Shown here piece by piece: positions 24,064-35,458 of a stretch of 64,000 nt of DNA. A program made the translations under genes and the position numbers. The notes beneath the pieces are model-generated. The model was not told the DNA's origin. It did no database searches and was given only the letters and a program-made list of their open reading frames with translations. Position 1 is the stretch's first letter; every line of letters begins with the position of its first letter. The stretch is from NCBI GenBank assembly GCA_054600435.1, contig BAAIJX010000006.1:558001-622000 (forward strand), given 5' to 3'. The stretch is from Neophaeotheca triangularis. Its lineage: Eukaryota.

Positions 24064-25828
24064 ATGCTGTCCTCCAAAGCAAACATCTCTCGGCTGTTTT
24101 CGTTCGTCTCTTTTCTATTGACAACCACAGCGTCAAGCCCTCCTACAGCCCAAGTAAAGAATGGCACAGTCCAAGGCCGACACTCCCCAGAATGGAGCCA
24201 GGACTTCTTCCTAGGCATTCCGTATGCCCAACCACCCTTGGGAGAGCTCAGATTCCGCTGGCCCCAGCCGATGAACTCTTCCTTCGATGGCACATTTGAC
24301 GCCACCGAGTATGGGTATAGCTGCTATCAATACGACACCAATTTTGATCTTAGCGAGGATTGCCTGACGCTGAACGGTGAGCCATGAAACGTAAGGCCTT
24401 CTTCAAAAACGAATCGTACTGACGTGGTAGCAAGTGGTACGACCGGATGGCTACGAGGACCAGTCTCTCCCAGTTCTTGTATGGATCTACGGTGGTGGTT
24501 TATTCGAAGGCAGCACGGCAGATCCTCGTTACAACCTCTCTGGTATCGTGCAGACTGCTGCCGAAAGCGATCAACCTTTCGTGGCCGTGTCGATGAATTA
24601 CCGTCTCGGCGTTTGGGGCTTTCTGCAGACACCGGCCATCCTCAACGAAGGTAGCACCAACGCCGGCTTGCTCGATCAACGACTTGCTCTCCGCTGGATA
24701 CAAGAGAACATCGAGAGCTTTGGTGGCGATCCAAAACGCGTCACTGTCTGGGGCGAGGTAACTCTACCGGCTCCTCCACCCTAAATGTCACACACTAACA
24801 TCCAATAGAGCGCCGGCGCCCAAAGCATCGGCCTCCACATGCACTCTTACGGCGGACGCGACGACGGTCTCTTCCATGCCGCGATCCTCGAATCAGGCGG
24901 CCCGGTCGGCGCCTCCCTCAACACCCTCCCTTACTACCAATTCGCCTACGAAAACCTAACTCGCACGGTAGGCTGTGGGGATAGCTCAGACCAACTCGCC
25001 TGCCTCCGCAGCATCTCTTCCGACGAGCTCTTCAAAAGCAACTACACCGTCGTCTGGAACCCGCTCGTTGACGGCGACTTCCTCACAACCTACCCGTCCG
25101 AACTCGCCGCACAAGGCAAATTCATCCACGTACCTCTACTCAACGGCGCCAACAGCGACGAAGGCGCCTCCTTCAACATCGGAGGCCTCGACAACGAAAC
25201 CGCCATCGCCAACGGTCTGCTCTACTGGCGCAACTACGCTCTCGCCCCAGACTCGATCCGCACAATCCTCGATCTCTATCCGAACAACCCCGGCCCGGAC
25301 GAAGTCCCCTTCAGCAACCCCACCGACGAAATCTTCCCCGAGCGCGGTCTACAATGGCGCCGCGACGCGACCATAGGCGGGGACATTGTGATGATCGGCC
25401 AGCGGCGCAAAACATGCGAAGAATTCGTCAAAGGGGGTGTCGAGGACGTCTACAGCTACCGCTTCGACACGCCGCCGTGGAATACCAGCGAGCCCGTGAC
25501 GGCGCAGCATTTCGACAACGTCATGTTTTCTTTCCAGAACATTTCCGGAGCGTTGGGACCGCTGCCGGAGTTCCAGACTCATCTGGATTTGAGCAAGAGT
25601 ATTGGCAAGGCTTATGCAAGTTTTGTTGGTGGGTTTCAGCCAAATGGGGTTGCGGCTGGCGAGCAGAAGGGTAGTAACGTGACGGGCCTGCCGATGTGGC
25701 CGCGTTATTCGTTGGAGGCGCCGACGAATATGGTCTTGAATTCTAACGGAAGCTTTGTAGAGGCCGATACTTGGCGCAGAGAGGGCATTGCTTTCATCAA
25801 TAGCATTTCCCGAGAACTGTTGGCTTAA
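24064..25828 (+). CDS. Secreted type-B carboxylesterase/lipase (551 aa, 3 exons)
   Basis: Exons 24064-24376, 24435-24757, 24809-25828. Signal peptide; FLGIPYAQPP, SEDCLTLNV, VWIYGGG, NYRLG, GLLDQRLALRWIQENI, GE^SAG nucleophile, NSDEG, catalytic His in AQHFDNV. Confidence 0.93.
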
Positions 25829-26047
25829 GTTACATGCAGGAGATCAGCTCACAGGACTAGGGACACCCTCAATACACACTTGAGTCTCGAATGCAGAAAC
25901 TAGTACTTTTCAATATTTTACATTTCATCAAAGCAAAACCAGCTACGCCGCGCTACGCGACTGAGATATTTCCCGCAACGTCGTGCCTACCTAAGTGTGC
26001 TCCAAAACGCCGGGCAGTGAATCCGGTCTTTCCCTGTGAACATACCG

Positions 26048-29000
26048 CTACTTCTTGCCCTTCTTCTTCGGCTTGGAGTCTTCATCCTCCAATCCACCCT
26101 CACGGTCCTTCTTCTTAGCTTTCTTCTCCATCTCATCCCAGTCTTCGCCTCCACTCTCATCCTCGCTGACATCTTCATCCGACGCCTCAGCCGAAGCTTC
26201 TTCGTCGAACTCGCTGTCGTCCTCGCTGCTCTCATCACTCGCCATATCTTCCTCGGACACCTCAAAAGCACTCTCCTCCTCTTCTTCCGAGCCGTCCTCG
26301 TCATCAGATTCCGTGCTGAGGAAAGACCAACCGCCATCCGCGAAGAACTGGTGAGGATCGGCGATGACGGTTTTCATGATGGTCGCCCAGTTCAGATTGA
26401 GAGGACCCTCGGAATATGGGATATCCACGCTGTCGAGCCAGTCCTTGACGCTATCAAGACTCTCGACCGGGATGGTGTTGATGTGGGCAGGTGCTTTGGT
26501 GAAGTCTTTGAATACGATGACCATGTCAAAGTTTTTGAGACCGAACTGGACACGCTCGAGGTGCACGACTTCGATATCGTTGAGCGTGACGACTGTGAAG
26601 GGAGGCTCGGTGAGCTGGACCAGGCAGTCGGTGGTGGGTAGGATGGTGACGCTGCTACGAGCGGGGACACCGTTGAAGCCGAGCTCGCGGAAAGGCATGT
26701 CGACGTTGAGCTCTTCGTTCTTGCCAGCGTCGGCAATCTTCTCGGCGAAAGACTTGAACTCCTTGTCGAGCTGGGCACGGCGACGTCGCTCTTCCTGCTC
26801 GGCTTCGAATTCTTCCTCGTCACCGTAACGATGCTTGCGCTTACGGTTGCCGGTCTCGTCGAACTGCATTTCGGTGGCTTCACGGTAGAACTGGATATCC
26901 TTTGTCTTCTTCTTGCCAATAATGATAGGATTGATAAGGTGAACGTGGATAATAACGATGAGCTCGCCGGTGGACGGTTGGAAGAAAAGATGCTTGACGT
27001 TGGAGAAAAGGACGTCGATCTTGTGGCCGCCAAGGTGATTATAGCGTAGACCATTTTGATGGATCTCAACAGCACCACCAATACGCTTGCTTTCCATTGC
27101 TGGACGCATGAATATGTTGTCAAGACGGTGGGGTCGGCGGTTGCGGATCTCGATCAGCTTGTCCTGCTCGACCACATCTTCCATGTCCTTCTTCTGCTGC
27201 TCCCTGCGGACGTTCTCCTTCTTCATCTCGGTGATTTGATCGGCAATATCGTTCATGCGGCCGGAATCCTCGCTTCGGAAGGTGAGCGATCGCACGAATT
27301 GAGCGGTTGGATCCTCGAATGGGGTATCCTCCTTGCGTCCAACACCCTGCCCTGGGGAAAGGAAGTTGATACGGAGGTAGACCCAAGAGCCTTCCGTTGT
27401 GGTCGAGGCGTTCTTGATCGTGTTGATGTGGAATGGCACAGGTCGACCCATGATTGGCAGAATAATCGAGTTGTTCTTCGAGTCGACTAAGATCATCATG
27501 TCCTTGATACGGCTAGGAAGCTGTGTGTCGCGTTTGTAGGATTCGAAACGCTTGAACTTCTTCTCCTCCGTGCCGTTCAGGTTTCCATGGCCCTCGGCGT
27601 ACTTCTCCTTCCCTTCTGACTGCTTTTTCTGGTGCAGCTCTTTCTGATGCTCTCGCCTCGCTGCTTCCTTCTCTTCGTTCTGAGTAGCGCCGCCTTGACC
27701 TCGCAGGCGAGTCTTGGTGATGTTCGACGATGCTACTGCGCCAACCTTGGAGTCTTTCTTCGCCTTTGGTTTCTTCTCCTGCTCTTCCTCCTCATCGTTG
27801 AAGAAGAAGGAAGTTGACTCCATATCAGTCGCGGCGTCTTTAGTGAATACGAACGGGCCTCCATCTCCCACACTGGTGGCGTTGATGCGGATGGTGTCGC
27901 TGAGAAGCAATGCGTACTTGGCATCCTTCTTGCCCGTAGGATTTGGTTTGTCTAGATCGCCGAAGCCAGTGGTCACGGTGAAGGTCATACCGTCTTTGAG
28001 CGAGCGAGTGCACTTGGCATTCAGCATGAAATGTGCATCCTTTCCCTCGATACCGATAGCCGAGCCCACATTCTTCGTGAAGTTCTTCTCGAGATCAGGC
28101 TTCTTGGCCTTGATGATGCTGAGAGCTTTGTTGTAAATGTCCTTGGCCACTGCTCCCTCGCGCATCTCCTTGATAACGGCGTCGTGGATATTTAACAAGA
28201 GTTTGTAGGTGCTTTCCTGTGTCTTGTTCGGGTCGACGAGGTATGTTCGCGCGATGAGAGATCCGTAGGTGGAGTATCTCAAACCAAGGGCGGAGATGAT
28301 GACACCAGCGTCCAGGTTCTTGTCATCCGGAGGGTTTAAAAGCTTCAGATCGTAATTGCCGCCACTCATGACCGTCGGGGGCACGTTCCAGTCCAAATGC
28401 TGAGGATCGAAGCTCCCCGAAAACTTTACGGACTTGAAGAACTTCTCATCGTCGATCTTGTTGTAGAGCTTGTCCGCCAGTGTCCTGTGTGCAACCTTTT
28501 TGTCGGCGTCCAAGATGTCGGACATGGTGTCCACGAAGTAATCGGCCATGATGTGGGATGAAGCCCTCGAGGCATCTCTGATAGCACGAAGCTCCTTCTC
28601 GTCCTTCACGGCCATGGCAGCCGATATCGCCGGGGCAATGTCAAGCTCTTCCACTTCTTTGCTGATCTCGCTAAGCGCTGACTTCCAGGCAGTAACAAAA
28701 GGTCCGGCGGAGGTTTCCTTTTGAAGCACGCCAACCTTCTTTCCAGAGCTCTTGATGGTTTCCAAGCAGCGCTCAAATTGCTTTGCGTTCTCCTGCTCGT
28801 CCTTGCCCCTCACCATGATCTCGACTGGTGTTTTGCCATCCTTAAGCGGCTCCAAATATTGCGCCTTTTTCTTGGTGGTGATGATGTAAATGACTTCCGT
28901 AGTTATGAGGAAGAGCGTGGTCGGGAATTCGTAGCCCAGTAGCCAGAACTGAATGGCGTTGGCCTTCTGGAACCCTTGCGACTCGTCACTCTTGCCCATG

Positions 29001-29128
29001 GTGATGACGATGCTGCCAACATCGGAGAAAGCATTGTTGCCGCTTCGCTTGTCTGCCTTCCATTGCCCGATGAGTGAAGACAGGCGGGTATGGAAGTTGG
29101 CCTTGTCGATGCTCACTTCGTCCGCCAT
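26048..29128 (-). CDS. SPT16: FACT complex subunit Spt16 (1026 aa)
   Basis: QFWLLGYEFPTTL, LGLRYSTYGSLIARTYLVDP, PVPFHINTIKN, YLRINFLSPG, EIHQNGLRY, ERVQFGLKNFDMV, LNWATIMKT, acidic C-terminal tail. Confidence 0.98.
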   Translation of the reverse strand: MADEVSIDKANFHTRLSSLIGQWKADKRSGNNAFSDVGSIVITMGKSDESQGFQKANAIQFWLLGYEFPTTLFLITTEVIYIITTKKKAQYLEPLKDGKTPVEIMVRGKDEQENAKQFERCLETIKSSGKKVGVLQKETSAGPFVTAWKSALSEISKEVEELDIAPAISAAMAVKDEKELRAIRDASRASSHIMADYFVDTMSDILDADKKVAHRTLADKLYNKIDDEKFFKSVKFSGSFDPQHLDWNVPPTVMSGGNYDLKLLNPPDDKNLDAGVIISALGLRYSTYGSLIARTYLVDPNKTQESTYKLLLNIHDAVIKEMREGAVAKDIYNKALSIIKAKKPDLEKNFTKNVGSAIGIEGKDAHFMLNAKCTRSLKDGMTFTVTTGFGDLDKPNPTGKKDAKYALLLSDTIRINATSVGDGGPFVFTKDAATDMESTSFFFNDEEEEQEKKPKAKKDSKVGAVASSNITKTRLRGQGGATQNEEKEAARREHQKELHQKKQSEGKEKYAEGHGNLNGTEEKKFKRFESYKRDTQLPSRIKDMMILVDSKNNSIILPIMGRPVPFHINTIKNASTTTEGSWVYLRINFLSPGQGVGRKEDTPFEDPTAQFVRSLTFRSEDSGRMNDIADQITEMKKENVRREQQKKDMEDVVEQDKLIEIRNRRPHRLDNIFMRPAMESKRIGGAVEIHQNGLRYNHLGGHKIDVLFSNVKHLFFQPSTGELIVIIHVHLINPIIIGKKKTKDIQFYREATEMQFDETGNRKRKHRYGDEEEFEAEQEERRRRAQLDKEFKSFAEKIADAGKNEELNVDMPFRELGFNGVPARSSVTILPTTDCLVQLTEPPFTVVTLNDIEVVHLERVQFGLKNFDMVIVFKDFTKAPAHINTIPVESLDSVKDWLDSVDIPYSEGPLNLNWATIMKTVIADPHQFFADGGWSFLSTESDDEDGSEEEEESAFEVSEEDMASDESSEDDSEFDEEASAEASDEDVSEDESGGEDWDEMEKKAKKKDREGGLEDEDSKPKKKGKK

Positions 29129-29501
29129 CTTGGGCGATTAGCTTGAAGAGGAGTTGTCAGTGGCGGCGTCAAGGGTTGAAGTGAGAGTTGGAGGGAGGGT
29201 GGTCGTTAAAGGATGAGGAGTACAAGGCGTGGGAGAAGAGGGGTGGTAAAGTATGTAAAGGCGAGTCGCGGATCGCGTCGTGAAGCTGCTAGGCGGCGAC
29301 CGACGCGGGTTTGGCGGGCTAAACTGGGCGGCCCGTGCACGCGCCGAACCCTTACCCTTGGCGGAGTTGCACTTCACTTCAGATCTGCCAAGGTCTAGCA
29401 CTCCATGCCGTCAATACTGTGCACGTTGCTGCAATGAGTGTTACAGACTTCGAGACTTTGTAGGCGATGGCAGTTGAGTCGCCTGTAGATACCTTGAAGT
29501 G

Positions 29502-30832
29502 ATGAGCAGACCTGATGGTGGCGTCAACCTGTCTCCCGAGGCTCGTGAGGGGAGCTCCCGTCGATCTGACGGCGACCCCAGAAAGAAACGACAGGAAAAT
29601 GCTACTACGGGAGCCACTGCGGCTGGGATTAGAGCCGTGAGTGCGAGGCTGTTGACCTTCTACTTCCGTGCTCCGATGAAAGCTTTTATGCGAACGAGAG
29701 TGGAGTAAGTAATAGAATCACAATTGTTCATCAGGCAATATCTGACTCGGCTTGCAGCTACATGGTATGCTCACTAACACTTTACGTGACCGAAGGCAAT
29801 CCTAATGCATCACAGGGTTATGTTCGAGCAATCAATCCTCGTGTTCAGGCTCAAGAGAAATGGAGTTGGCGAACGACCTCTCCGGCCCTCCTGGCCCATG
29901 CCATTCGAAGATATGGATGGAGCTTTATTCCTAACCAAGTGCTTCCACCACTCGTGGCTAACGCGACTGTTGGTGCGGTGCTGTATACTTCCTATCTTCA
30001 GACGTTGGGAGCCCTACACGAACCATCTGCCCACGCAGTAAAGAGAGTCTACCCGCCTCCTGACCTCTCAACATCATTCACGGCAGGCCTTGTCGCAGGA
30101 ACGATACAAAGCGTCATCGCCGCGCCACTGGACGCCCTTCAAGTTCGCTTCCAAGCCAACGACATGCTGAGTGGCAAGTACAAGACTATGTATCACTATG
30201 CCTTCCAGAAGTCTATCGAAATTGGACCACGTGGTATTTTCGCGGGCTTCTCTCTTTCCTTCCTGAAGGACTCATTCGGGTATGGCGCCTTCTTCGCGAC
30301 ATTCGAGTACCTCAAGTCCCAGGCATTCTACGGTTTCGTCAGCTCATACTACGGCCACTATGGCAAACTCTCTGAGGGCCAACAGAGACGAGTCGACGCG
30401 CAGAGTAGCGGACTGGAACGTGCGGTGATTAGACCTCATTACATGCTCGAGCCTGCTTTCATATTGCTTGCTGGTATTGCCGCCTCCATCACCCAGCAAG
30501 CGGTGCAGTACCCACTTTCCAAGATACAGGAGGTGCACTACGGAAGAGTCGAAGCAATCGATTTCGCACCAAACGGAGGCAAAGGCGGTCAGTTGTCGGC
30601 AAGACTGTATACCTCAGCTTATCGCCGGACTCTCCAAGACTGCCTTTCGCTAGCAGCGGAAGCTGGTGGTTTGCGGCGTTGGCTGTACGGGGGCTTTCTT
30701 ATGGGTACATTACGCCAGGTCCCCAGCACTAGCGCTGGCTTGATTGTTTTCGAGGTCTTGAGGCGGAAATACAGCAACGACGAAGATGCTGTTAAGATAA
30801 GAAAGGATGGATATGACATCCTGCTGCCTTGA
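29502..30832 (+). CDS. Mitochondrial-carrier-domain protein, atypical (408 aa, 3 exons including a 7-nt microexon)
   Basis: Exons 29502-29704, 29758-29764, 29816-30832. Carrier-like repeats AGLVAGTIQSVIAAPLDALQVRF, GIFAGFSLSFLKDSFGYGAFFATFEYLK, AGIAASITQQAVQYPLSKI, LRQVPSTSAGLIVFEVLR. Confidence 0.8.
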
Positions 30833-30904
30833 TAGGAAAGCGCTCTTAGGCAATGGTACAGCAGTGTCCGATGAATCGCACTGTTGATCACACAGATGCT
30901 TTGC

Positions 30905-31852
30905 TCACTTTTGTAAACGCGCAAGTCTGCTTGGATGCATACCAGCATTCGCCTCTTCTTCTGCAGGCGCCGATGCACCTTGCCCGTCGTCGTCGGCCTC
31001 TACCACCTCGCCTCTTTCCTTCGCCTCCTTCCTCTCCTTCTTCAATTTCTCCTTCCTTTCCAGCTCAGCCCTCCGCGCCCTCTGCTCATCGAGCCTAACG
31101 TTCTTGACCCTGATCTTCTCTTTCCTACCCTCAGTCTTACCCCCGCCACCAGCAGTCAACTCAACATTGATCTTCCTACCGCCCCTGCCCGTGCCCTTGC
31201 CCTTGCCGCCAAGCTCTTTGTCATCCGGATCGAACATGCTGTGGTGAAAGAGCTTCAAACACGTCTTCATGCGGTCAAAGTTCTCAAACTCAAGGAAAGC
31301 GAAGCCCTTGCTCCTTTTCGTCTGCGGCTCCATGCGATGTCGAAGCGTGAAGGGCTGTAGCGATTTGAAATGCGCCATGAGTGCTGTGTCCGTCGTGTTG
31401 TAAGGCAGGTTCCCGACAAAGACTATGAAGCGCTGTTTCGCAGCCTTTTCCCCAGTAGCCTGCTCGGTGCCGTCTTCGTTCGCTTCCGCATTGTCGGTGG
31501 TAGTGGCTGACTTGGCTTTCTTGCGCTTCTTTTGCTTTTTCGCTTTTGGCGCTGCCGGTTCTCCCTCTCCATCCGCTACTGCCGCTGCAATCGGTGCACT
31601 CGGCTCAATCTCGTCCGTAGTACGCTTTCGCTTCTTCGAGTCCGTTTTTGTTTGTCTCGCACTCTCGCTTTTCGCTTCGCCGGCATCGGCAGGTAATGGT
31701 ATGAAGTCTTTGGCTAGGTCGTCTCCATCCTCCGGGATGTCTTTAGGAACGTCTACCGTCTCGGCATGCTTTCTCTTCTTGCCCTTCTTTTGGCGCTCGG
31801 AGTCTCGCTGCGCACGCTTTTCTTTCCGTGACGATGCTCCTTCTTCGGCCAT
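30905..31852 (-). CDS. NOP6: Nucleolar RRM protein Nop6
   Basis: Lys-rich N-terminus; RRM RFIVFVGNLPY...SKGFAFLEF...CLKLFHHSMF...RKINVELTAGGGG; C-terminal GMHPSRLARL. ATG at 31852 (the track start is a TTG further upstream). Confidence 0.88.
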   Translation of the reverse strand: MAEEGASSRKEKRAQRDSERQKKGKKRKHAETVDVPKDIPEDGDDLAKDFIPLPADAGEAKSESARQTKTDSKKRKRTTDEIEPSAPIAAAVADGEGEPAAPKAKKQKKRKKAKSATTTDNAEANEDGTEQATGEKAAKQRFIVFVGNLPYNTTDTALMAHFKSLQPFTLRHRMEPQTKRSKGFAFLEFENFDRMKTCLKLFHHSMFDPDDKELGGKGKGTGRGGRKINVELTAGGGGKTEGRKEKIRVKNVRLDEQRARRAELERKEKLKKERKEAKERGEVVEADDDGQGASAPAEEEANAGMHPSRLARLQK

Positions 31853-31904
31853 ATCGAATGGTTGTCCGTGTATATTGAATGCGACAGCAAGCCTCTTCGT
31901 ATCC

Positions 31905-31920
31905 AAAATTTCGAGATGAG
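31905..31920. promoter_or_regulatory. Adjacent RRPE-like (AAAATTT) and PAC (GAGATGAG) ribosome-biogenesis elements upstream of NOP6
   Basis: AAAATTT-C-GAGATGAG lies about 55-70 bp upstream of the NOP6 ATG. PAC/RRPE are established Ribi-regulon motifs in ascomycetes. Confidence 0.55.
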
Positions 31921-32196
31921 GTCTCTCGCTAACGCCGATTAACTCCGCCAAGAGTTTGAGTCCAAGCTTTAAGCTAGCATTGTTAGGGAAGGAGCGATGT
32001 CTGGACGATGTCTTAGGTTGTTATTAGATTATTGCCCTCACACGTTCACTCGCAATGGGAGTCTGACTCACTGTCTCCTTTTTAACGGCCACATTGTTCC
32101 AGATGTATTTCTCCAGCGTTGTTGCTATACGGCCTTGATCGAGACTCACCCACACACGGCTTGGCCATTCAGCAATCAACAACAGTAATCTTCAGG

Positions 32197-33799
32197 ATGT
32201 CAGGATCAACACAGAACAAGAAGAGTTCCATTCATATGGACCTGCCGGCGACAGAATCTACACCGTTACTGGATGGTACCGAGACTGGTCCAGTATCGAC
32301 ACAAGTCGACGGCTACCAACATGGACCGCAACCCTCTAGGGATCGAGACGACATCTCCAAGCAGCGTGATGGGACCACTGAAGACTCAGAGGAACCAACA
32401 GAGACCTATGCGCCGATGCCCAAGGTCCAGGTCTTCCTGCTTTGCTATGCCTCGCTGGTCGAGCCCATCAGCTACTTCACAATCTTCCCCTTCATAAGCG
32501 AGATGCTGTCCCGCGTGGGCGAATTAGAAGAGGCAAATGTTGGCTTCTGGGCCGGTATGATCGAGTCTCTCTTCTCGCTGGTCCAGATGCTACTCATGAT
32601 TGGATATGGCCGACTAGCAGACCGACTAGGAAGGAAGCCGGTCCTCGTCTTCTCGCTCACAGGCGTCAGCTTCAGTACGGCTTTCTTTGGTTGCAGTACC
32701 AGTTTGTGGATGATGGTGCTGTTTCGCTGCCTTGCTGGAACTTTTGCTGGTAGCGTGGTGACTGTCAGAGCCATGCTGACGGAGAACACGAATGCTAAAA
32801 CGCAGGCAAGGGCTTTTAGCTTGTACATGTTCACCAGGAATTTAGGCATCCTCATAGGACCGCTTATTGGTAGGCGATGGGACTTGGCTTTCACGATTGT
32901 TGCTTTACTAACGCTATCTCGCAGGCGGGGGGCTAGCAAATCCTACGGAACAGTTCCCAAGTGTCTTTGGCCACGTGCAATTCCTCAAAGACTATCCCTA
33001 CGCCCTCGCGACTATCGTAGCAGGCACCATCTGTTTGACTGCCGCAATCGCCAGCGCCTTTGGCCTCAAAGAAACGCTCCAGCGAAAAGACACCAGCTCA
33101 AGCAAGACTGATCCTCCAATGTCCACATGGGACGTTCTGAAAGCCCCTGGCGTGCCCATAGTCCTTTTCATCTACGGTTACTCCGCGTTCATCGGTCTAT
33201 CCTACACCGCCGTCTCCCCAGTCTTCCTCTTCACAAGCATAGAACGCGGCGGCTTCAAGTTCAGCCCGCAGTGGATCTCCATCTTCCTCGCGGTAGCTGG
33301 GGCCAGCCAAGCTTTGTGGATGCTCCTGATATTCCCACCACTGCAGCAACGCACCAGCACCGGCTTCGTCTTACGCGCTTGCGCCGTAGCTTGGCCGTTG
33401 TTCTTCGTCTCGTTCCCGGTGTTGAACGAGTTCCTGCGACGCGGTTGGACGACGCCTTTCTGGATCGTCGGGCCCATTGCTCTGGTTTTGGCAAGTGGCG
33501 TGAGCATGTCTTATGCATGCGTACAGCTCTGCCTCAACGACGTTGCGCCTTCGCCGCAGGTCAATGCAACCTTAAATGCACTCGCACTCGTGGTGACCTC
33601 TGGCGTTCGTGCTGTTGCTCCGGCTCTGTTTACGAGTATTTTTGCTTTTGGCGTGAAGAAGGGCTGGATTGACGGGCATCTATTCTGGGTTGTTATATGC
33701 GTGTTTTCGCTAGCCTTCCTTGTCGTGCTTCGGTGGTTGCCGGCCAAAGCTGAGGGGAAGGTAACCAAAGAAAGACATGAGAGGGGCGAAACCTCATAG
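32197..33799 (+). CDS. MFS transporter (DHA1/ZIF1-like/Ycr023c-like; 515 aa, 2 exons)
   Basis: Intron 32870-32924 joins two ORFs. Motif A GRLADRLGRKPVL; FRCLAG; TQARAFS; about 12 hydrophobic segments; N-terminal ESTPLL acidic-dileucine-like vacuolar signal. Confidence 0.9.
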
Positions 33800-34057
33800 C
33801 AAGGCGCATACCTTATAGACGGTGCAGGACACTGTATAGAGCGACAATGTGCAGCTAGCCGACCAGCAGCTGTAGATCTTTTGCGCATCACATAGAAATA
33901 CTGCTAGACGTTAACACACTATTCTATAATAGTCGTTTCAATAACAATGCCCGATTCCGCTTGTAATCGTGTCTGCTCATCGTTCGTGGCGTCGTGCAAT
34001 GGGTATTTCAAGCCGTGCTCCACGCTCCTGTAAATGCAGCATATCAACCATCACCGC

Positions 34058-35458
34058 TCAACCTCGACGCGTCTCCGCAGCCCCTCGAATGAAGACACCA
34101 GGGTTTATAACCTTCCACCCTTTCCTGTACTCCTTGTCTTCCATATCGCGGAATAACCCCGTCTTAGCCTCCCAGTCCTCCTTCGCAAGCTCTTCAAACC
34201 GTTCATGAAGCGCCTGGGACTCGGCGCCCGTCCCCGTTGAGCTATCCCATCGCAAAGTTGTCGCTACCGTTATGGCTCGAAGCGCAGGAAACGCACCTTC
34301 ATCTTGACCCATTATGACGTCCAGGGGCTCCACCTTCTCATCGTTTCCAGGAGTCCCTGAATCAGTCAGCTCGATGAACTGAATGGCATAGCCCTGAGGT
34401 ACTTCAGCCCTCTTGTCAAAGAAGCTTGGACTAATGTAATCCACGCTGACACTTAGGCGTAATAATGTTGGGAAGCGAACGAGAAGCCAGTCGAATTCGT
34501 CGGAAGCAGTGCGTGGCAAGCTCCGAAGTTTGAGACTTGTCAGACTATTCGAGTTGATGTGAGCCCACTCGATAGTCGACCAGACAGCATTTCCCGTCGC
34601 ACGCGGACAGTGCTCGAGCGACAGGTGCCCAAGAGTCGATGGAAACGAGATGGTGCCGTTGTAGTAGTTCCAGTCGAGCCCACCACTGATTGTCAGATCT
34701 GTCAGATTACGTGGCCATCCTATGCGAGGGCTGTTGAGCATAACTCCACCCCTGTCTGTAGACGTACCGAATCCGGAAGAGCGCGGCAGGCGCAAGGTAC
34801 GAAGGTTGTTCAGGCGCTCCACGGAATTGAACAGGCTGATCATAGGAGGGCACTCGCTGACTAGTGTCAAGTCTAGCATCGTCATGTTGACGGCCTTGCT
34901 GAGGGCCGGTAGACAATTGATACCGAAAGTGGCCACGGGTGCTGTGAATTCTTCAAGGGAGCTCTTGACTCGTCCTAGTAGTCGTGCAGTCATCACTTTG
35001 CCTCCTTGGTGGACGAGATTGCTCATGTCAAGTATCTTGACCAACCCCTCGAGAGGCGATTTGCGGACACGGTGATTGATCGAAGGACACATTGTGCGGA
35101 CGAAAAGATCGAAGTTGTGTCCATATAGATGCGGCTTGTAGTACAAGAATGGCATGGCAACCCGCCGCCACTGGTCTGAAACACGACAGCACGAAGCGAG
35201 TATTCCCTGAACGTCTAAAACCCGATTCGCGCCATGCCACAGAAACTCCATGACCTCCAGTATTATCTCGTCTGGGACATCGAATGGCGGCATTGTGTTG
35301 TCCAGCGAGCGCCGCAAGACACCCGGAAAGTCGTCGAGCGGTCCCCCGCGCGTGCCATTTCCCAGCACTTCGTCTTTGCCCCTCTTGCTGCTCAAGGTCT
35401 TGTCGAGGTTTTGCGCCATGGACACGGTCCAGTTAACCTGCTGGTCAAGAGCGGCCAT
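34058..35458 (-). CDS. F-box/leucine-rich-repeat protein (466 aa)
   Basis: F-box VPDEIILEVMEFL...LASCCRVSDQWRRVAMPFLY, followed by LRR-like units (VKILDMSNL, MTMLDLTLV, LRTLRLP, LTDLTISG, LGHLSLEHCP, LTSLKLRSL). Confidence 0.85.
   Translation of the reverse strand: MAALDQQVNWTVSMAQNLDKTLSSKRGKDEVLGNGTRGGPLDDFPGVLRRSLDNTMPPFDVPDEIILEVMEFLWHGANRVLDVQGILASCCRVSDQWRRVAMPFLYYKPHLYGHNFDLFVRTMCPSINHRVRKSPLEGLVKILDMSNLVHQGGKVMTARLLGRVKSSLEEFTAPVATFGINCLPALSKAVNMTMLDLTLVSECPPMISLFNSVERLNNLRTLRLPRSSGFGTSTDRGGVMLNSPRIGWPRNLTDLTISGGLDWNYYNGTISFPSTLGHLSLEHCPRATGNAVWSTIEWAHINSNSLTSLKLRSLPRTASDEFDWLLVRFPTLLRLSVSVDYISPSFFDKRAEVPQGYAIQFIELTDSGTPGNDEKVEPLDVIMGQDEGAFPALRAITVATTLRWDSSTGTGAESQALHERFEELAKEDWEAKTGLFRDMEDKEYRKGWKVINPGVFIRGAAETRRG

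Noticed and set aside
26036..28136. Long antisense ORFs over SPT16 (and similar ones over other genes)
   Set aside because: These are shadow frames produced by codon bias of the real genes.
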